A DNA stretch of 33,565 bases. Source: an uncultured Nocardioides sp. (GTDB lineage Bacteria > Actinomycetota > Actinomycetes > Propionibacteriales > Nocardioidaceae). The stretch spans positions 1-33,565 of the forward strand of contig CAZRKV010000001.1 of the NCBI GenBank assembly GCA_964600305.1, in the 5' to 3' direction. Both the position numbers and the translations under genes were made by a program. Every line of letters starts with the position of its first letter. Position 1 is the stretch's first letter. Positions 29,606 through 33,565 of this stretch are shown one piece after another. The notes beneath the pieces are model-generated. The model ran no database searches, was not told the DNA's origin, and saw only the letters and a list, made by a program, of their open reading frames with translations.

Positions 29606-30912
29606 CCGATCGAGTCCTCCCCCCGGAGCATCGGCGCGTAGAACATCGCGGGCATCGACGCGTAGCTGTCGGCGCTGCGGCCGCTGCGGGCCGAGAGCAG
29701 CGTGTTCACGACCTGCCGCTCCCCCGCGGTACCGGCGAGCCCGCTGGTGTGGTTGCCGCCGGAGACCGGGAGCAGGGGGACGACGTTCGACGTCGGGTTC
29801 TCGTCCTTCCCGCTGCCCTGGTCCAGGGAGTACCCGGGCGAGGGCACCGGCGGGTTGGGGAGGCCGCGGCACCTCGGCCCGCTGCCGACCTCGCCGTACG
29901 TCGGCGCGTCCTCCTCGGTGTAGGGCCGGTTCTGGGGCGTGATCAGCTCGACGTACTGGCGGATCCGGTTGTCCTGGAAGGTCTTGGCCAGCAGTGGCTC
30001 GTAGCGGTCCAGGCCCCGGAGCAGGCAGGGGTACTGGGGTGCGTAGGTGGCCAGGACCTCCATCACCGGTGCCGTCACCTCCCCGACCCGGACCAGGTCG
30101 GCCTCGTTCTCGGCCAGGATCCGGCGCGTGGTGTTGCCCAGGCCCGCCACGTCGGCGAAGAAGGTGCCCAGCTGCTCCTCGCTCTCGACCACCGTCCGCG
30201 CGGTGACCGTCACGTCGTCCAGCACCTGCAGCAGGTCCCCGGCCGCTCCGTCGTAGGTGCGGGCCACGTCGGCCAGCAGGGCCAGGTCCTGGCGCAGGGT
30301 GGGCAGGTCGTCGGCGATGGCCCCGAGGTAGTCGTCGAGGTCGACGAGGGTCTGGCCGAGCTGTTCGCCCCGCCCACCGAGGGCGGTGGCCAGCGCATTG
30401 AGGGTGGCGTTGAGGTCCGCCGGCTCGACCGACCGCAGCAGCGGGAACAGGTCGGCCAGGATCGCGCTGAGCTCGACGTTGGTGTCCACCCGGTCGGAGG
30501 AGATGACGTCCCCGTCGCGCAGGGGCCGTCCCGCGGGGGACGCCGTCGGCACGAGGGAGACGTACTTCTGCCCGAACAGGGTGGTCGGAAGGATCTCGAC
30601 CCCCACGTCCCCCGGGATCTCCTCGGCGGCCTCGGGACGCAGGCCCAGCTTGATCGAGGCCTCCCGGCCGTCCTGCGCCACCTCCCGCACCTGGCCGACC
30701 AGCACGCCGTTGAGCCGGACGTCGCCGAACTTGGGCAGCTGCAGCCCGGCACGCTCGGCCTTGACGGTGACCATCGTGACCGGCTCGAACACCTTGGCGT
30801 AGATCGCGATGGACAGGCCCAGCAGGGAGCCGACCAGCACGAGGAAGGCGACCCCGGCGGCGAGGAGTCGGTTGTGCTCCGCCGGGCTCCCGTGGTGGAG
30901 GTTGATCAGCAT
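29602..30912 (-). CDS. mce4A: Mce family protein A
   Basis: RAGLQL..GDVRLNGVLVG, TTLFGQKYVSL, LNATLNALATALGGRG, YAPQYPCLL. Confidence 0.85.
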   Translation of the reverse strand: MLINLHHGSPAEHNRLLAAGVAFLVLVGSLLGLSIAIYAKVFEPVTMVTVKAERAGLQLPKFGDVRLNGVLVGQVREVAQDGREASIKLGLRPEAAEEIPGDVGVEILPTTLFGQKYVSLVPTASPAGRPLRDGDVISSDRVDTNVELSAILADLFPLLRSVEPADLNATLNALATALGGRGEQLGQTLVDLDDYLGAIADDLPTLRQDLALLADVARTYDGAAGDLLQVLDDVTVTARTVVESEEQLGTFFADVAGLGNTTRRILAENEADLVRVGEVTAPVMEVLATYAPQYPCLLRGLDRYEPLLAKTFQDNRIRQYVELITPQNRPYTEEDAPTYGEVGSGPRCRGLPNPPVPSPGYSLDQGSGKDENPTSNVVPLLPVSGGNHTSGLAGTAGERQVVNTLLSARSGRSADSYASMPAMFYAPMLRGEDSIG

Positions 30913-30915
30913 CGG

Positions 30916-31767
30916 CTACCCCGTGATCCTCACGGTGGTCGTCGACCCCCAGATCGCGAAGGTCAGGAAGAAGTCGGCGACCACCGTCGTGACGATCGAG
31001 GTCCGGATCGCCCGGCCCACCGCCTGGCCGACGCCCGCCGGGCCGCCCGAGGCGGTGTAGCCGTAGTAGCAGTGGATCAGGATGATCGCCGTGGCCAGGA
31101 ACAGCAGCTTGCCGAAGGACCACAGGACGTCGATCGGGGGCAGGAACTGGATGAAGTAGTGGTCGTAGGTGCCGGGCGACTGGCCGTAGATGTAGGTGGT
31201 GATCAGCCGCGGGGAGAGGTACGCCGCGCTGAGGGCCACGATGTAGAGGGGGATGACCGCGATGAAGGCAGCGACCATCCGGGTCGTGACCAGGAACGGC
31301 AGCGACGGCACCCCCATCACCTCGAGGGCGTCGATCTCCTCCGAGATCCGCATGGCGCCCAGCCGGGCCGTGTAGCCGCAGCCCACCGTGGCGGCCAGGG
31401 CGATCGAGCAGATCAGCGGCGCCACCTCGCGCGTGTTGAAGTAGGCGGAGATGAAGGCGCTGAACTTCGCGACCCCGATCTGGTTCAACGAGGCGTAGCC
31501 CTGGATGCCCACCTCGGTGCCGGCGAAGAACGCGAGGAACGCGATCACCCCGGTGGACCCGGCGATGAAGGTCAGTCCCCCGGCGCCGAAGGTGACCTCG
31601 GCCAGGGTGTTCCCGATCTCGCGCTTGTAGCGGCGGATCGCCCGAGGTGTCCACGCGATCGCCTTGGCGTAGAACAGCAGCTGGTCCCCGCGCTCCTCCA
31701 GGGCGGCGCGCCGGGCACGGACGAAGTCCGTCCCCATCCCGGCCAGGGTGGTACCCGTCGTCGCCAT
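30916..31767 (-). CDS. yrbE4B: YrbE/MlaE permease (SupB-like)
   Basis: TREVAP, RLGAMRISEEIDALEVMG, GTYDHYF, HCYYGYTASGGPAGVG. Confidence 0.88.
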   Translation of the reverse strand: MATTGTTLAGMGTDFVRARRAALEERGDQLLFYAKAIAWTPRAIRRYKREIGNTLAEVTFGAGGLTFIAGSTGVIAFLAFFAGTEVGIQGYASLNQIGVAKFSAFISAYFNTREVAPLICSIALAATVGCGYTARLGAMRISEEIDALEVMGVPSLPFLVTTRMVAAFIAVIPLYIVALSAAYLSPRLITTYIYGQSPGTYDHYFIQFLPPIDVLWSFGKLLFLATAIILIHCYYGYTASGGPAGVGQAVGRAIRTSIVTTVVADFFLTFAIWGSTTTVRITG

Positions 31768-31770
31768 CGC

Positions 31771-32544
31771 CTAGATCCCCGCATCCGGGACGACCTGGAA
31801 GTAGATCGCCGTGATGATCGCGTTGATGAGGAAGAGCAGCATGAACGCGATGATCACCGTCTCGTTGACCGCCCGCCCCACACCGCTGGGCCCGCCGCCC
31901 GCGGTCAGTCCCTTGTAGGCGCCGACGATGGCGGCCAGCCACCCGAAGATCACCGACTTGACGATGGCGATGTAGAGGTCGGTGAGGGAGGCCAGGGCGG
32001 TGAACGAGGACAGGAAGGCTCCCGCGGAGCCGTCCGAGATGATCACCGTGAAGAAGTAGCCGCCGAAGATGCCGGCGGAGATCACCAGGCCGATGATCAT
32101 GAACGCGACGAACATGGTGGCGAACACCCGCGGCACCACCAGCCGTGCCAGGGGGTCCACGCCCAGGACCTCCATGGCGTCGATCTCCTCACGGATCCGG
32201 CGCGCCCCGAGGTCCGAGCAGATGGCCGACCCGGCAGCTCCCGCGATGATCAGCGCCGCCGCGATCGGAGCGGCCTCGCGGACCACCGCCAGCACCGCAG
32301 AGGCCCCCGCGAAGGACTGGGCGCCCAGCTGTCCGGTGAGGCTCGCGACCTGGAGGGAGATCACGGCGCCGAACGGGATCGAGACCAGGATCGTGGGCAT
32401 CAGCGTGACCGAGGTGATGAACCAGGCCTGCTCGATGAACTCCCGGGCCTGGAAGCGGGTGGTGACCATCCGCTTGGTCACGTCGACCACCATCGCCGCC
32501 AGCTCGCCCGGTCCCCGGACGACGGTCACAGCAGAGAACGCCAC
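31771..32544 (-). CDS. yrbE4A: YrbE/MlaE permease (SupA-like)
   Basis: EFIEQAWF, SIPFG, DLGARRIREEIDAMEVLG, GGPSGVGRAVN; GGAGG RBS before GTG 32544. Confidence 0.88.
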   Translation of the reverse strand: MAFSAVTVVRGPGELAAMVVDVTKRMVTTRFQAREFIEQAWFITSVTLMPTILVSIPFGAVISLQVASLTGQLGAQSFAGASAVLAVVREAAPIAAALIIAGAAGSAICSDLGARRIREEIDAMEVLGVDPLARLVVPRVFATMFVAFMIIGLVISAGIFGGYFFTVIISDGSAGAFLSSFTALASLTDLYIAIVKSVIFGWLAAIVGAYKGLTAGGGPSGVGRAVNETVIIAFMLLFLINAIITAIYFQVVPDAGI

Positions 32545-32590
32545 GGTCCACCTCCCCTCGGCACTCGATTGGTCTCGGACGGGCCGAGAG

Positions 32591-32604
32591 TAGAACACGT
32601 TCTA
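32591..32604. promoter_or_regulatory. KstR operator (mce4 operon)
   Basis: TAGAACACGTTCTA within GTAGAAC-AC-GTTCTAC; overlaps a minus-strand TACTCT -10-like box. Confidence 0.92.
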
Positions 32605-32717
32605 CCTTTACGGCTAGTCCCACGCGCCGTTGCGTGCTCCCCCGGTCCCGACAACGAGGAACCCGCGGGTAGGTCACGTGTCCGACGCCACAGCACCGGA
32701 CCCGGGGAGGGGCTGGC

Positions 32718-33565
32718 TCAGCCTCCGGCCTCGATCATCTGCCGCAGCTCCTTCTTCAGCTCCGAGATCTCGTCGCGGAGGCGAGCAGCGAGCTCGAACT
32801 GCAGCTCGGCGGCGGCCGCGTGCATCTGCTCGGTCAGCTCCTGCACGAGCGCAGCCAGGTCCGCGCTCGGCATCTCGGCGAGGTCACCGGCGTGCTGCCC
32901 GGCCTCCCGGGTCAGGCCCGGCACCGGCGTCCGGTCCTTCATCGGGGCGCCCTTCTGCCAGGTGTCGAGCAGCTCCTGGGTGCTCTCGTCCTCGCGCGCC
33001 AGCATGTCGGTGATGTCCGCGATCCGCTTGCGCAGCGGCTGTGGGTCGATGCCGCGCTCGGTGTTGTAGGCCACCTGCTTGGCGCGGCGCCGGTTCGTCT
33101 CGTCGATGGCCGACTCCATCGACAAAGTGACGCTGTCGGCGTACATCACGACCTGCCCGGACACGTTGCGCGCGGCCCGGCCGATGGTCTGGATGAGCGA
33201 CTTGTCCGACCGGAGGAAGCCCTCCTTGTCGGCATCGAGGATGGCGACCAGGGAGACCTCGGGGAGGTCCAGCCCCTCGCGGAGGAGGTTGATCCCGACG
33301 AGGACGTCGAACTCCCCCAGCCGCAGGTCCCGCAGCAGCTCGACCCGCTTGAGCGTGTCCACCTCCGAGTGGAGGTAGCGGGTGCGCACCCCGGCGTCGA
33401 GCAGGTAGTCGGTCAGGTCCTCGGCCATCTTCTTGGTCAGGGTGGTCACGAGCACGCGCTCGCTGCGCTCGGCGCGGCTGCGGATCTCGTGGATCAGGTC
33501 GTCGATCTGGCCCTTGGTGGGTCGCACGAGGACCTCGGGGTCGACCAGGCCCGTGGGGCGGATGA
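32718..33565 (-). CDS. uvrB: Excinuclease ABC subunit B, C-terminal part (5' end outside window)
   Basis: [61 protein letters not shown]-terminal UVR domain [11 protein letters not shown]. Confidence 0.97.
   Translation of the reverse strand, partial: IRPTGLVDPEVLVRPTKGQIDDLIHEIRSRAERSERVLVTTLTKKMAEDLTDYLLDAGVRTRYLHSEVDTLKRVELLRDLRLGEFDVLVGINLLREGLDLPEVSLVAILDADKEGFLRSDKSLIQTIGRAARNVSGQVVMYADSVTLSMESAIDETNRRRAKQVAYNTERGIDPQPLRKRIADITDMLAREDESTQELLDTWQKGAPMKDRTPVPGLTREAGQHAGDLAEMPSADLAALVQELTEQMHAAAAELQFELAARLRDEISELKKELRQMIEAGG

Noticed and set aside
28535-31942. 1135-aa ORF suggesting a giant Mce fusion
   Set aside because: Only 28535-29605 is MceB. The rest is an Arg/Gly/Pro-rich alternative frame over mceA and yrbEB, left open by high GC.
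22609-32544. Absence of an ATPase gene in the mce operon, and low-complexity tails on MceE and Mam
   Set aside because: Normal for mce4-type loci: MceG is encoded elsewhere and such tails are common.
29749-33069. 1106-aa plus-strand ORF, and many similar long ORFs elsewhere (e.g. 5296-6999, 22703-24787, 24217-26286)
   Set aside because: Antisense shadows of well-supported genes, with no motifs; expected from GC-rich codon bias.

Overview
Very GC-rich actinobacterial DNA (style suggests Nocardioidaceae; inference). Almost the whole window is a KstR-regulated cholesterol/sterol catabolic cluster. It contains ring-A/B degradation genes (hsaEGF-hsaADCB, kstD-hsd4B), fadE34, kstR, an FNR/PNPOx-like/fdxD/hsd4A/SDR operon and a complete mce4-type sterol importer (yrbE x2, mce x6, two mce-associated genes), and it ends at the 3' part of uvrB. 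Eight KstR-type operators (TnnAACnnGTTnnA) can be read directly, at nearly every promoter region. The most notable feature is a four-gene cassette resembling the mycobacterial methylmannose polysaccharide (MMP) locus (ManT-like GT4, methyltransferase, MmpH-like barrel protein, MeT1). It sits between fadE34 and kstR, with a KstR box at both of its 5' ends. Also notable: a divergent WS/DGAT-lipase pair sharing a variant KstR box, and a small superinfection-immunity gene bracketed by inverted arrays of ~32-bp palindromic repeats at the left edge. Family assignments come from recognised motifs and recalled homologue sequences; no searches were run.
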